From Candidatus Limnocylindria bacterium (GTDB taxonomy: Bacteria > Chloroflexota > Limnocylindria > P2-11E): a stretch of 64,000 nucleotides of DNA. The notes below the pieces were generated by a model, which worked only from the letters and a program-made list of their open reading frames with translations, ran no database searches and was not told where the DNA came from. Both the position numbers and the translations under genes were made by a program. Below, one piece after another: positions 30,870 through 41,045 of this stretch. The stretch lies in the NCBI GenBank assembly GCA_038211425.1, contig JBBQVQ010000001.1, forward strand, positions 39,991 to 103,990, in the 5' to 3' direction. Position 1 is the stretch's first letter. Every line of letters begins with the position of its first letter.

Positions 30870-32201
30870 ATGTCGGGCGACTTCGTCACCCGCTTGGACG
30901 CCGTGAGGCTGAACAGCTTTCACCGGCGGCTGCTCGTCGCCAGCGGATTCGGCTGGATGTTCGACGCGATGGACGTCATCCTGCTCTCGTACGTCGTCGC
31001 GCCGATACAGCGCGACCTCGCCCTCGACGCGATACGCACCGGCCTCGTACCGAGCGCGACCTTCGCCGGCATGTTCCTCGGAGCCGCGATATCGGGACGC
31101 CTCGCGGACCGTTACGGCCGGCTGCCCGTCTTCCAGTGGACGCTGGTGCTGTTCGCCGCGGGAAGCCTGCTCTCGGCGATCGCACCGACTTTCGAGACGC
31201 TTCTTCCGGCCCGGCTCGTCGCCGGGCTCGGCCTGGGTGGCGAGCTTCCGGTCGTGGCGACGCTCGTTTCGGAACTGTCGCCGCGGGCGCTGCGAGGGCG
31301 GATGATCGTGCTGCTGGAGTCGTTCTGGGCGTACGGCACGATCGCGGCGGGCCTGATCGGCATCCTGGTGGTGCCGCGTTTCGGTTGGCGCGCGGCATTC
31401 GTGATCGGCGCGCTCCCGGCCCTGTACGCCGTGTACCTGCGCCGCGCGCTCCCTGAATCGCCGCGCTACCTCGCGGCGAAGGGGCGGACCGTCGAGGCGG
31501 ATGCGATCGTGCGACGGGTGGAGCGGGAGCGCGGAGGCCCCCTCATCAGCATCGCACGCGTCCCGCGCCCGCAGGCGCCGACGATGCCCGTCAAGGTCGC
31601 GCAGCTCTTCACGGCCAGATACGCGCGGCGCACGGTCATGCTCTGGACGCTGTGGTTCGGAGTCGTGCTGACGTACTACGGGATCTTCATCTACCTGCCG
31701 ACCTTCCTCAGCGCGCGCGGTCTCTCCGAGGTCAGGAGCAACGAGTTCTTCTTCCTGTCGACCCTGGCGCAGATCCCGGGCTACTTCAGCGCCGCGTGGC
31801 TCGTGGAGCGCTGGGGACGCAAGCCGACCCTGGTCGCGTACCTCTTGGGGACCGCGGCCGCGGCGGTGCTCTTCGGGAACGCGCAGACCGGAACGGACGC
31901 CTTCCTCTACGCGGCGATGCTCTCGTTCTTCAACCTCGGCGCGTGGGGGGTCATGTACACATATTCGCCCGAGCTGTATCCCACCTCGATCCGTGCCACC
32001 GGCGCCGGCGCGGCCGCGGCCTTCGGCCGTCTGGGCGCCATCGTCGGACCGGCTGCCGCGCCGGTCGCCGCCGCGGCGTATGGCCAGCCCGTCGTCTTCG
32101 CGGTGTTCACGGCCGTCCTCGTTCTCACCGCGGCGGTGGTCTTCGGCCTCGCCGAGGAGACGCGAGGACGCTCCCTGGAGGAGATCGCGCCGGCCGCCTG
32201 A
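30870..32201 (+). CDS. MFS transporter (metabolite:H+ symporter type)
   Basis: 12 TM helices with the sugar-transporter-like motifs GRLADRYGR and PESPR. Confidence 0.85.
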   Translation: MSGDFVTRLDAVRLNSFHRRLLVASGFGWMFDAMDVILLSYVVAPIQRDLALDAIRTGLVPSATFAGMFLGAAISGRLADRYGRLPVFQWTLVLFAAGSLLSAIAPTFETLLPARLVAGLGLGGELPVVATLVSELSPRALRGRMIVLLESFWAYGTIAAGLIGILVVPRFGWRAAFVIGALPALYAVYLRRALPESPRYLAAKGRTVEADAIVRRVERERGGPLISIARVPRPQAPTMPVKVAQLFTARYARRTVMLWTLWFGVVLTYYGIFIYLPTFLSARGLSEVRSNEFFFLSTLAQIPGYFSAAWLVERWGRKPTLVAYLLGTAAAAVLFGNAQTGTDAFLYAAMLSFFNLGAWGVMYTYSPELYPTSIRATGAGAAAAFGRLGAIVGPAAAPVAAAAYGQPVVFAVFTAVLVLTAAVVFGLAEETRGRSLEEIAPAA

Positions 32202-32359
32202 GTCATCGCCGAGCACCGGACCGGCGCGCGGCGGTCGACCACCGCAGACTCTCTCGACGTGGCCGACAGCGAACGTCCCATGAGCCGGAAGCCCCTACGA
32301 TGCCACCACGGCCTCGCCAACGACCGCACCCGGCGGTGACGGTGAGAAACGGAGTTGTG

Positions 32360-32662
32360 ATGGAAGATCGTTCGGCGAAGGTCGCCGCGCTCCTGCGCGA
32401 AGCGGCCGAGACACACCATCGCGTCTATCGCATCGTGGACGGCGACGATCCTGACTGGGCATCGTGGTACGCGGACTGGCTGCTCCGCCTGTCTGAGCTG
32501 CCCCAGCTCCTCGGCACCACGCCGGTCCGCAGCGAGCTCGTCTACATGTTGGTCAGGCTCGACAAGGAGTTCGTTCAGCAGGGACCGGGCGAGCAGTGGG
32601 AGGCGTTCTACGCGGCGACGCTTCTGCGCACATTCGGCGAGGGCGTACGCGCGCCCATCTAA
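32360..32662 (+). CDS. hypothetical protein (about 100 aa)
   Basis: ATG with gagaaacggag RBS. The soluble protein MEDRSAKVAALLREAAETHHRVYR... has no recognisable motif. Confidence 0.4.
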   Translation: MEDRSAKVAALLREAAETHHRVYRIVDGDDPDWASWYADWLLRLSELPQLLGTTPVRSELVYMLVRLDKEFVQQGPGEQWEAFYAATLLRTFGEGVRAPI

Positions 32663-33466
32663 CTAACTGGTCAGGATCCCCGCCGCCAGCGCGGCGAGGA
32701 TGGCAGCGGCGAGTAGCAGCCGATAGGCAACGAACCAACCGAGTGAATGCCGACGCAGGAAGCGGACCATGAAGGCGACCGCGGCAAGGCCGCTGATGAA
32801 CGAGACCGCGAAGCCGACAGCCACGACGGAAGGATCGGCCGTGAGCGCCGCGAGCTTCCTCGCGTCGAGGACCGTCTTCAGGCCCGCGCCGAGGATGATG
32901 GGGGTCGCCAGCAGAAAGCTGAAGCGCGTGGCGTCCCCCCGCTCGAGGCCGCGGACGAGGCCCCCGGAGATCGTGATCCCGGATCGCGAAATACCCGGGA
33001 GAAGCGCCACCGCCTGGGCAACACCCATGAAAAGCGCGTCCGCGAACGTGAGGCGCTCCCACCGGTGACGCTGGCTCGCCAGCCGTTCGGCGAGCACGAA
33101 GACCAGTGACCCCACGATGAGGCCGATCGCGATGATCAGTGGTCCGCGCAGCGTCTGCGTGACCAGGGATTCGAGCAGAACTCCCGCGATGGCGCCCGGC
33201 ACGGTCCCGATCACGATGAGCAGGGGCAGGCGCCACCGCCCGCGGAAGAGGTCGACGGCCAGGCCCCACCACGTCCGGGCGAAGTACAGGAGCACGGCGA
33301 GCGCTGTGCCGAGATGCAAAGCCACGTCGAATGACAGGCCGAAGCGCTCGGGGTCCAGCTTCAAGACGTCCGCGGCAAGGATGAGATGCGCCGTCGAGCT
33401 CACGGGCAGGAACTCCGTGAGGCCCTGGACGAGGCCGAGAATGGCGGCGGCAAGAGCGTCGTTCAC
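32663..33466 (-). CDS. uppP: undecaprenyl-diphosphatase
   Basis: GLVQGLTEFLPVSSTAHL and PGISRSGITISG motifs, eight TM helices. GTG at 33466 gives a standard 267-aa protein. Confidence 0.88.
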   Translation of the reverse strand: MNDALAAAILGLVQGLTEFLPVSSTAHLILAADVLKLDPERFGLSFDVALHLGTALAVLLYFARTWWGLAVDLFRGRWRLPLLIVIGTVPGAIAGVLLESLVTQTLRGPLIIAIGLIVGSLVFVLAERLASQRHRWERLTFADALFMGVAQAVALLPGISRSGITISGGLVRGLERGDATRFSFLLATPIILGAGLKTVLDARKLAALTADPSVVAVGFAVSFISGLAAVAFMVRFLRRHSLGWFVAYRLLLAAAILAALAAGILTS

Positions 33467-33693
33467 GGCAGGCCGATGTTCGCACGCTTCGGCGCCGCAC
33501 GCATGATCACGCGATGGCACAGAGGCCCCGAACAGCACCATGCTGGTCTGGGTGGCCGCCGCGAGCGGCATGAAATCGTGATCGCATCGGTCATCGCCCG
33601 CGAGCCCGATGTGACTAGGTAGGCCGTGGCTGTGCGGGCGCTGGCGCGCGAGGTCTCGACAGCGGACCTTCTGGCATCCGTACACTGCCCGCG

Positions 33694-34473
33694 GTGCAGG
33701 TCGATCTCACAGGACGGGTCGCGATCGTCACGGGATCGACCCGCGGGATCGGGCGGGGGATCGCGCTCGCGCTCGCCGCGAACGGGGCTCGCGTCGTGGT
33801 CAACGGACGTTCGGCGGAGGCGGCGGCCGAGGTCGCCCACCAGATCGTCGAGAGCGGTGGGGCGGCCCGTGACCACGCAGGCGACCTCGCCGTTCCCGAG
33901 ACGCTGGACGGCCTGGTCGACGCCGCATCCGCCCTGGGTGGCCTCGACATCCTGGTCAACAACGCCGGCCTCACCGATACCTTCGGGGCATTCCTCGAGA
34001 CGCCCGACGAACGCACCGACGAGATCCTCGCGGTGAATCTGCGGGCGGCGATGGTCCTCTGCCGGCGCGCCGCGCGATCGATGGCGCAGCGCCGCCGGGG
34101 CGCCATCGTGAACGTCACCTCGGTCGGAGGGTCGCAGCGGGCGCACCATGACAACGTCGCGTACGACACAACCAAGGGCGGCCTCGACGCGCTGACGCGC
34201 GCGCTCGCCGTCGACCTGGGGCCGCTGGGCATCCGCGTGAACGCCGTCGGCCCCGCCGCGACCAGCGACGCACCCCCGGAGGGCCGCGGCGGCGACCTCC
34301 CACTTCGCAGGGGCGGTACTCCGGGGGATGTGGCCAACGCGGTGCTCTACCTGGTATCCGACGAGGCCGCGTTCGTCACCGGCCAGATCCTGTACATCGA
34401 TGGCGGGCTCTCCGCTCAGCTGCGCAGCCCGGCGGAAGCTCTCTCGAGCCAGAACGAGATCGTCCGTGACTAG
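33694..34473 (+). CDS. SDR-family oxidoreductase
   Basis: TGSTRGIGRGIA Rossmann motif and Y...K catalytic dyad (AYDTTK). GTG start. Confidence 0.85.
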   Translation: MQVDLTGRVAIVTGSTRGIGRGIALALAANGARVVVNGRSAEAAAEVAHQIVESGGAARDHAGDLAVPETLDGLVDAASALGGLDILVNNAGLTDTFGAFLETPDERTDEILAVNLRAAMVLCRRAARSMAQRRRGAIVNVTSVGGSQRAHHDNVAYDTTKGGLDALTRALAVDLGPLGIRVNAVGPAATSDAPPEGRGGDLPLRRGGTPGDVANAVLYLVSDEAAFVTGQILYIDGGLSAQLRSPAEALSSQNEIVRD

Positions 34474-34474
34474 G

Positions 34475-35614
34475 GTGGTGGTCGCATCGCCGACCGCGTC
34501 GGCGATCGAGCGGGTCCGATGCGCGCTCTATCGGCTGCCGCTGCCGGAGCCGGTCAGCGACGCCAAGGTCTACAGCGGCCGCCAGCTGCCCCTCTCCGAA
34601 GTCGACGTCGTGGTGACCGAGGTCGGGACCGCGGACGGGCTCGCGGGCCTCGGCTTCAGCTACTCCAAGCGCGCTGGAGGCCCCGCGATCTTCGCCCACG
34701 CGCGGCAGATCGCGCCGCTCCTCCTGGGCGAGGATGCGCTCGAGATCGGCCGGCTGTGGGAGAAGCTCGTATGGGCATCGGCATCGGTGGGCCGGGAGGG
34801 TGTGGCGGTCCAGTCCGTCGCAGCGTTCGACATCGCGCTTCACGATCGAATGGCGAAGTTCACGGGCCTGTCGCTCGCGAAACTGCTCGGGAGCTACCGA
34901 GACCGTGTTCGCTGTTACGACACCGCCGGTGGATTCCTGTCGACATCGGTCGAGGCCATCGTGGGCAACGCTGAGCGCAGCCTCGCTCGAGGCATGGGAG
35001 GGATCAAGCTCAAGGTGGGCGGAGAACCGAACAGCGACCTGGCACGCGTCGCCGCGGTCCGCGACGCGCTGGGTGAGCGTTCGCCCCTGATGGTCGATGC
35101 GAACCAACAATGGGATCGGTCCACTGCCCGGCTGTTGGGCCGCCGGTTGGCCAAGTACGACCTGCAATGGATCGAGGAGCCGCTCGACGCGTACGACGTG
35201 GAGGGGCACGCGGCTCTGCGGCAGGCGCTCGACGTACCGATCGCGACAGGCGAGATGCTGACTTCCGGTCGCGACCACCGGCGTCTGCTACTGGCCCAGG
35301 CCGTGGACGTCATCCAGCCCGACGCGATCCGTATCGGCGGCGTCACGCCGTATCGCCGCGTCGCGGAGCTCGCACTCGAGGCCGGCGTGCTGGTGGCCCC
35401 GCACTTCGCTCCTGAGCTCCACGTGCATCTCGCGGCTGCCCACCCGCGGGAAGGCTGGGTGGAGTACTTCGATTGGCTCCAGCCGCTGTTCGCGGAGCGC
35501 CTCGAGCTGCGCGATGGCAGCGTGCTCGTCCCGGATCGCCCAGGGCTCGGGCTGAGCCTAGATCCCGGTGCCGCGGGCATGCTCGTGACCGAGACCAGTT
35601 TTCCCGAGCGCTGA
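34475..35614 (+). CDS. enolase-superfamily enzyme (mandelate racemase/muconate lactonizing enzyme family; sugar-acid dehydratase or cycloisomerase candidate)
   Basis: KLKVGG barrel motif and metal ligands D/E/D (MVDANQQW, IEEP, DAIR). GTG at 34475, 2 nt after the SDR stop. Confidence 0.8.
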   Translation: MVVASPTASAIERVRCALYRLPLPEPVSDAKVYSGRQLPLSEVDVVVTEVGTADGLAGLGFSYSKRAGGPAIFAHARQIAPLLLGEDALEIGRLWEKLVWASASVGREGVAVQSVAAFDIALHDRMAKFTGLSLAKLLGSYRDRVRCYDTAGGFLSTSVEAIVGNAERSLARGMGGIKLKVGGEPNSDLARVAAVRDALGERSPLMVDANQQWDRSTARLLGRRLAKYDLQWIEEPLDAYDVEGHAALRQALDVPIATGEMLTSGRDHRRLLLAQAVDVIQPDAIRIGGVTPYRRVAELALEAGVLVAPHFAPELHVHLAAAHPREGWVEYFDWLQPLFAERLELRDGSVLVPDRPGLGLSLDPGAAGMLVTETSFPER

Positions 35615-35618
35615 TCTC

Positions 35619-36848
35619 GTGCGGATCGTCGAACTTCGAGCCACGCCCGTCGCCATGGCGGATCCGCCTCTGCGGAGCGCGTTCGGATTGCACGCGCCCT
35701 CCGCGCTCCGGACGATCGTGGAGATCGAGACCGATGAGGGCGTCGTCGGGCTATCCGAGACCTACGGCGGCGAGGCTCCGCTCCACTCGCTCCGGGAGGC
35801 GCGAGAACGAGTCGTCGGCCGTGATCCGAACGACCTGACGAGTCTGCGGGTCGAGATCGAGGGGCCGGGCGGCGTGTCGGGCGACTACCGCCCCTGGGAG
35901 GCTCGGGCGCTCGTAGGACCGGCGCTCTTCGGCGCGATCGAGGTCGCGTGCCTCGACGCGATCGGCAAGAAGCTGGGGCGGCCGATGTGCGATCTCTTGG
36001 GCGGCGCGGTGCGAGATCGGGTCCCGTTCTCGGCGTACCTGTTCTTCAAGCAGGCCGGGAACGATGAATGGGGCGAGGTGCTGACCACGGAGGCTCTCCT
36101 TCGCGAGGCGCGGCGCATGCGGGAGCGATACGGCTTCGGTTCGCTGAAGCTGAAGGGAGGCGTCCTGGAGCCGGATGTCGAGGTCGAGACGGTGCGCGCA
36201 CTGCGCGAAGCGTTCGGTCCGGGGGTCGCGCTGCGTCTCGATCCGAATGCCGCGTGGAGCGTCCCGACGAGCCTGCGCGTCGTTGGCGCGCTCGCGGGTA
36301 CGCTCGAGTACCTAGAGGATCCGACGCCCGGCATCGACGGCATGGCCGCCGTGGCCGCGGGGTCCCCGATCCCGCTCGCGACCAACATGTGCGTTACGGC
36401 CTTCGAGCACATCCCGGCCGCGGTCGCGAAGCGCGCGGTGGGGATCATCCTGTCCGATCATCACATCTGGGGCGGCATGCGCGCCACGATCGAGCTCGCT
36501 CGGGTCTGTCGCTCGTTGGGGCTCGGCATCTCCATGCACTCGAACTCGCACCTCGGAGTCTCGCTCGCGGCCATGGTGCACGTCGCCGCGGCGCTACCGG
36601 AGCTCACGTATGCGTGCGACACCCACTACCCATGGCAGACCGACGAGGTCATCCGAGGAGGCAAGCTGCGGATCGAGGGGGGCGCTGTGGCGGTGCCTGG
36701 TGGTGGCGGCCTGGGCGTGGAGATCGATCGCGACGCGCTCGACGAGCTGCACGAGCGGTACCTGAGAACGGATCTCCGGGCGCGCGATGACGTCGCCGCC
36801 ATGCGGAAGGTCGTTCCGGACTGGCGCCCGCATGTGGGCGACTGGTGA
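35619..36848 (+). CDS. enolase-superfamily dehydratase, glucarate dehydratase-like
   Basis: 409 aa with the LKLKGGVLEPD motif and a LRLDPNAAW metal site, consistent with the GudD subgroup. Confidence 0.7.
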   Translation: MRIVELRATPVAMADPPLRSAFGLHAPSALRTIVEIETDEGVVGLSETYGGEAPLHSLREARERVVGRDPNDLTSLRVEIEGPGGVSGDYRPWEARALVGPALFGAIEVACLDAIGKKLGRPMCDLLGGAVRDRVPFSAYLFFKQAGNDEWGEVLTTEALLREARRMRERYGFGSLKLKGGVLEPDVEVETVRALREAFGPGVALRLDPNAAWSVPTSLRVVGALAGTLEYLEDPTPGIDGMAAVAAGSPIPLATNMCVTAFEHIPAAVAKRAVGIILSDHHIWGGMRATIELARVCRSLGLGISMHSNSHLGVSLAAMVHVAAALPELTYACDTHYPWQTDEVIRGGKLRIEGGAVAVPGGGGLGVEIDRDALDELHERYLRTDLRARDDVAAMRKVVPDWRPHVGDW

Positions 36849-36906
36849 GAGGCAGGCCATCCGGCGTCCGGACCCGCGGCCCCGTTCGGGCGACAATACC
36901 GGCGGT

Positions 36907-37851
36907 ATGAGACCGCAGGAGCTGAGCGACCGCCTTCGCGGCACGTTGGCGTTCCCGGTCACCCCGTTCGATACGGCCCTGCGCATCGACGAGGCAGGCT
37001 TTCGGGAGAACCTCGAGCGGCTGGCGAGCTCGTCCGTCGCCGCACTGGTCGTCGCCGGCGGCACGGGTGAATTCCACGCGCTCGACCCGCAGGAGATCGA
37101 GGCGCTCTGCCGGGTCGCCGTCGCCGTCTGCGCGGGACGGATGCCGGTCGTCGTCGGCGTCGGCGGGAATGCCAAGGTTTCAAGCGCGCTCGCCGAGCGC
37201 TGCGAGGCCGCGGGCGCGGACGGCCTCCTGATGATGCCGCCTTCGTACGGCCGCGCGGAGGACGACGGTCTGTTCGCCTACTACGAGGCGATCGCGACCT
37301 CCGTCTCGATCGGCGTGTTTCCCTATGCTCGCGACCACGCCGTGCTTTCACCGGCCCTCGTGGCGCGGCTGGCGCGCATCGACAACGTGATCGCCTTCAA
37401 GGACGGGCACGGGGATCTGCGCCTGTGGAAGCGCATCCGAGAGCAAGTGGGTGGCGAGCTCCGGTGGCTCGCGGGGGTGGGGGACGATCTCGCACCGCAG
37501 TACTTCAGCGCGGGCGCGGAGGGCTTCACGTCGAGCATCGCCAACCTCGATCCGGCGATAGCGTGCCGGCTCTTCCGGCTCGCGACGACGGACGCCGCCG
37601 CCGCCGAGGCTTTCGTGGCACGCCACATCCAGCCGATCTACTCGCTGCGCTCGAGGCGCAGGGGCTACGAGGTCACCACGATCAAGGCCGCGATGGAGAG
37701 GCTCGGGCGACCCGCCGGACCCGTACGTCCGCCGCTGATCGCCCTGGCGCCCGAGGACTCGGAGGACCTCGACCACGCGATCGCGGCGCTCGGCTCCGCG
37801 CAGGAGGGGAGCCGAGCGGCCAGTGGACCGGCGTCCGTCCAGCGAAAATAG
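36907..37851 (+). CDS. DapA-family aldolase/dehydratase, 5-dehydro-4-deoxyglucarate dehydratase (KdgD)-like
   Basis: MRPQELSDRLRGTLAFPVTPFD...VVAGGTGEF N-terminus typical of KdgD/DHDPS-like enzymes. The R-rich track extension (36787) is judged spurious. Confidence 0.7.
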   Translation: MRPQELSDRLRGTLAFPVTPFDTALRIDEAGFRENLERLASSSVAALVVAGGTGEFHALDPQEIEALCRVAVAVCAGRMPVVVGVGGNAKVSSALAERCEAAGADGLLMMPPSYGRAEDDGLFAYYEAIATSVSIGVFPYARDHAVLSPALVARLARIDNVIAFKDGHGDLRLWKRIREQVGGELRWLAGVGDDLAPQYFSAGAEGFTSSIANLDPAIACRLFRLATTDAAAAEAFVARHIQPIYSLRSRRRGYEVTTIKAAMERLGRPAGPVRPPLIALAPEDSEDLDHAIAALGSAQEGSRAASGPASVQRK

Positions 37852-37864
37852 GGAGGAACATCGA

Positions 37865-39076
37865 GTGAACGCCCTTCAACGCGGCCTCGCCGCGGTCGCG
37901 CTTTTCGCGATCGTGCTCGGCGCCTGCGGCGGCTCATCCGGCCCCGCGGGACCCAGCGCGACCGGCGCGGCAGCCGGCGGCCTGAAGTTCTCGGAGACGC
38001 CGGTGACACTCAACATCCTGGACATCGCCGGGCAGGACCAGCTCGTCAAGGGGATCTTCGACAAGTACAAGAAGGCGTATCCGAACCGCCTCAAGGACTA
38101 CAAGATCGAGAAGGCCACCTCGCCGGAGATGCCCGCGAAGATCAAGGCGCAGCAGGACGCCAACAACGTGCAAACGTCGCTCGTGCTCACGGGCCTCGAC
38201 GGTATGGCCGCCGGGGTCGAGCAGGGGATCTGGGAGCAGCTCCTGCCGAAGTACGCCTCGACGTTCCCGGATCTCGAGAACAACTATGTCGACGGCGCGC
38301 GGCCGATCCAGGGACTGACGAAGGGCTTCGGCATCATGGTCGTATACACGCCGAGCGGACCGCTCATCGAGTACAACGCCTCGAAGGTGCCGAACCCCCC
38401 GAAGAATGTGGCGGAGCTGCTCGCATGGGCGAAGGCGAACCCGAACAAGCTCGAGTACGCGCGCCCCGCCAACAGCGGGCCGGGCCGGACGCTTCTGCAG
38501 GGTCTGCCGTATCTCCTGAACGACAAGGACCCCAAGGACCCGGAGAAGGGCTGGGACAAGACCTGGCAGTACCTGAAGGACCTCGACCCCTATGTCGAGT
38601 TCTACCCGACCGGCACTGGTCCGACGATGAAGGCGCTGGCCGACGGGACCCGCTGGATCATCGCGAGCACGATGGGCTGGGACATCAACCCGCGCGCCCT
38701 CGGGCAGGTGCCGAAGGACGTCAAGGTCGCCAAGCTGGAAAACACGTCGTTCGTCGCGGACGAGCAGTTCATGTCCGTCCCGAAGGGGCTCGATGAGGCG
38801 CGGCTCGCCGTCGTGCTCGACCTCATCGCATTCGCGCTCAAGCCGGAGAACCAGGCGTTCACATACGACGCCGGCTACTTCTATCCGGGCCCGGCCGTGA
38901 AGGGCTCGACGCTCGACATGGCGCCTGCCGAGAGCCAGCAGATCATCAAGGAGTTCGGCCGGCCCGAGTACGACCAGTGGGCCAAGGACACGAAGATCGT
39001 GCTTCCCCTGGACACGAAGCAGCTCGTGACCGCATTCGATCTCTGGGACAAGGCCTTCGGCGCCAAGAAGAAGTGA
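37865..39076 (+). CDS. ABC transporter substrate-binding lipoprotein (family 1 SBP)
   Basis: GTG with gggagga RBS, signal peptide and lipobox LGACGGS, SBP fold. Confidence 0.8.
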   Translation: MNALQRGLAAVALFAIVLGACGGSSGPAGPSATGAAAGGLKFSETPVTLNILDIAGQDQLVKGIFDKYKKAYPNRLKDYKIEKATSPEMPAKIKAQQDANNVQTSLVLTGLDGMAAGVEQGIWEQLLPKYASTFPDLENNYVDGARPIQGLTKGFGIMVVYTPSGPLIEYNASKVPNPPKNVAELLAWAKANPNKLEYARPANSGPGRTLLQGLPYLLNDKDPKDPEKGWDKTWQYLKDLDPYVEFYPTGTGPTMKALADGTRWIIASTMGWDINPRALGQVPKDVKVAKLENTSFVADEQFMSVPKGLDEARLAVVLDLIAFALKPENQAFTYDAGYFYPGPAVKGSTLDMAPAESQQIIKEFGRPEYDQWAKDTKIVLPLDTKQLVTAFDLWDKAFGAKKK

Positions 39077-40206
39077 CCGCGGCGTCCAGCGCGGGCGCGA
39101 GGCGACCGCCGGCGGGCTCCCACGAGCCGGCCGGCGGGCAGCGGGAATGCCTGGAGCTGCGCGGGGTCACGAAGCGGTTCGGGGGGATGATCGCCGTCGA
39201 TCGCCTCGATCTGTCCGTGGAGCCGGGTGAGTTCCTGACGCTGCTCGGCCCGAGTGGCTGCGGCAAGTCCACCGCGCTGAACTGCATCGCCGGTCTCATG
39301 CGCCTATCCGAGGGCGAGATCCACTTCGGCGGCAAGCGCGTCGACCGGATGCCGCCCGAGAAGCGCGGCTTCGGGATGGTGTTCCAGAACTACGCGCTCT
39401 TCCCACACCTCACCGCACGCGAGAACGTCGCATTCGGCCTGGAGGTCCGCGGCCTGCGGCGCGAGGAGGTCGTCCGTCGCACCAGCGAGGCGCTCGCCGT
39501 CGTGCGCCTGGAGGCCCACGGCGACAAACACCCGGGGCAGCTCTCGGGAGGCCAGCAGCAGAGAGTGGCGATCGCGCGCGCGCTCGTCGTCGAACCTCGC
39601 CTGCTGCTCATGGACGAGCCCCTCTCGAACCTCGACACCAAGCTCAGGGGAGAGCTGCGGACCGAGATCAAGCGCTTGCACCAGCGGCTCGGTCTGACCT
39701 CCGTGTACGTCACGCACGACCAGGGCGAGGCGCTCTCGTTATCGGATCGCGTCGTGGTGCTTCGGGATGGCCGGGTGCAGCAGATCGGCGCGGCGAACGA
39801 GGTATACGAGATGCCCGCGACCGCCTTCGTCGCGGACTTCATGGGCTACCGCAATCTTCTGCGTGCAGAGGTGGAGTCCGTCGACGGCCACTCGGCGGTC
39901 GTCGACGCCGGTGGCCTCGAGCTGCGCGGGACCGCAATGGGCGACCTCGCTCCGCGCGGTCGTGCCATCGCCGCGATCAGGCCGCACGACGTGCTGTGCC
40001 ATTTCGCCGCCGGTGACGGCCTCCGCGGCCGGGTCGAGGTCGTCGAGTACGAGGGCAACGTATTCGTCGCCGACATCCTGCTGGCGAGCGGGCTGCGGCT
40101 GTACGCGGAGTCGGCGGACCCTCTCGCACCGGGCGATGAGATCGGGATCCACATCGACCCGCGACGGCTCCTGGTCTTCCCGGACCAGGACGCGCCGCAG
40201 GCATGA
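39073..40206 (+). CDS. ABC transporter ATP-binding protein (PotA/FbpC-like with C-terminal TOBE domain)
   Basis: Walker A GPSGCGKST, LSGGQQQRVAIARAL, Walker B LLMDEPLSNLD. GTG overlaps the SBP stop (GTGA). Confidence 0.85.
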   Translation: MTAASSAGARRPPAGSHEPAGGQRECLELRGVTKRFGGMIAVDRLDLSVEPGEFLTLLGPSGCGKSTALNCIAGLMRLSEGEIHFGGKRVDRMPPEKRGFGMVFQNYALFPHLTARENVAFGLEVRGLRREEVVRRTSEALAVVRLEAHGDKHPGQLSGGQQQRVAIARALVVEPRLLLMDEPLSNLDTKLRGELRTEIKRLHQRLGLTSVYVTHDQGEALSLSDRVVVLRDGRVQQIGAANEVYEMPATAFVADFMGYRNLLRAEVESVDGHSAVVDAGGLELRGTAMGDLAPRGRAIAAIRPHDVLCHFAAGDGLRGRVEVVEYEGNVFVADILLASGLRLYAESADPLAPGDEIGIHIDPRRLLVFPDQDAPQA

Positions 40207-41045
40207 CCTTCCGCCGGGGCGTCCTCCTGTCGGCGCCCGCGGTCCTGTTTCTGGTCGCAGCGTTCGTGTACCCGTTCGCGTACGGGATCGTGCTGAGCTT
40301 CACTCCGAAGTCAGGCGGTCCGCTCGCGAACTTCACCGTCTTTCTGGGTGACGAGTTCCAGCGCGCGGCGATCGGCAACACGTTCGCGCTGGCGGTGCCG
40401 GCGGCACTCATCTGTGTCGGCCTCGCGGTCCCCCTCGCGTACCGCATGCGAAGGGGGATCCGTGGAGAGCGGGCGCTGACGGCGCTGCTGGTGGTCCCGG
40501 TGACGCTCGGCCCGGTGTTCATCGCCGACGCGATGCTCTTCTACTTCGGACCCGTCGGCTGGTTCAATCGGGTCGTCGAGGCATTGCACCTGACCTCCGA
40601 GCCGGTCCGCCTGATCCACACCTATTCCGCGGTGCTCCTGGCGATCGTCCTGACCGCTTTCCCGTTCGCGTTCCTCCTGCTGCTCGGCTACATCTCGGGG
40701 ATCGACCCTGTTCTCGAGCGCGCCGCGCACGTGCTCGGGGCGGGGCCTTGGGTGACGTTCCGACGCGTCCTGATCCCGCTCATGGCGCCGGGCATCGCGA
40801 CATCGTTCGCGCTGACGTTCGTCCTCGCCTTCGGGGTCTTCCCCTCGGCCGTGCTGCTCGGTGAGCCCGGCGGCTCGACGCGAGTGCTGGCGATCGCCGC
40901 GTACCAGGCGGCGTACGAGAAGTTCGACTTCTCCGCCGGATCCGCGATCGCGTTGCTCATGGGGGTGCTCCAGCTGGGGACCATCGGGCTCGTGTTCGCC
41001 GTGCGCGCGCGCCTGTATTCCGGAGCGCGCGGGGGTAAGGGATGA
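40203..41045 (+). CDS. ABC transporter permease (PotB-like)
   Basis: Six TM helices. ATGA overlap with the upstream gene. Confidence 0.85.
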   Translation: MTFRRGVLLSAPAVLFLVAAFVYPFAYGIVLSFTPKSGGPLANFTVFLGDEFQRAAIGNTFALAVPAALICVGLAVPLAYRMRRGIRGERALTALLVVPVTLGPVFIADAMLFYFGPVGWFNRVVEALHLTSEPVRLIHTYSAVLLAIVLTAFPFAFLLLLGYISGIDPVLERAAHVLGAGPWVTFRRVLIPLMAPGIATSFALTFVLAFGVFPSAVLLGEPGGSTRVLAIAAYQAAYEKFDFSAGSAIALLMGVLQLGTIGLVFAVRARLYSGARGGKG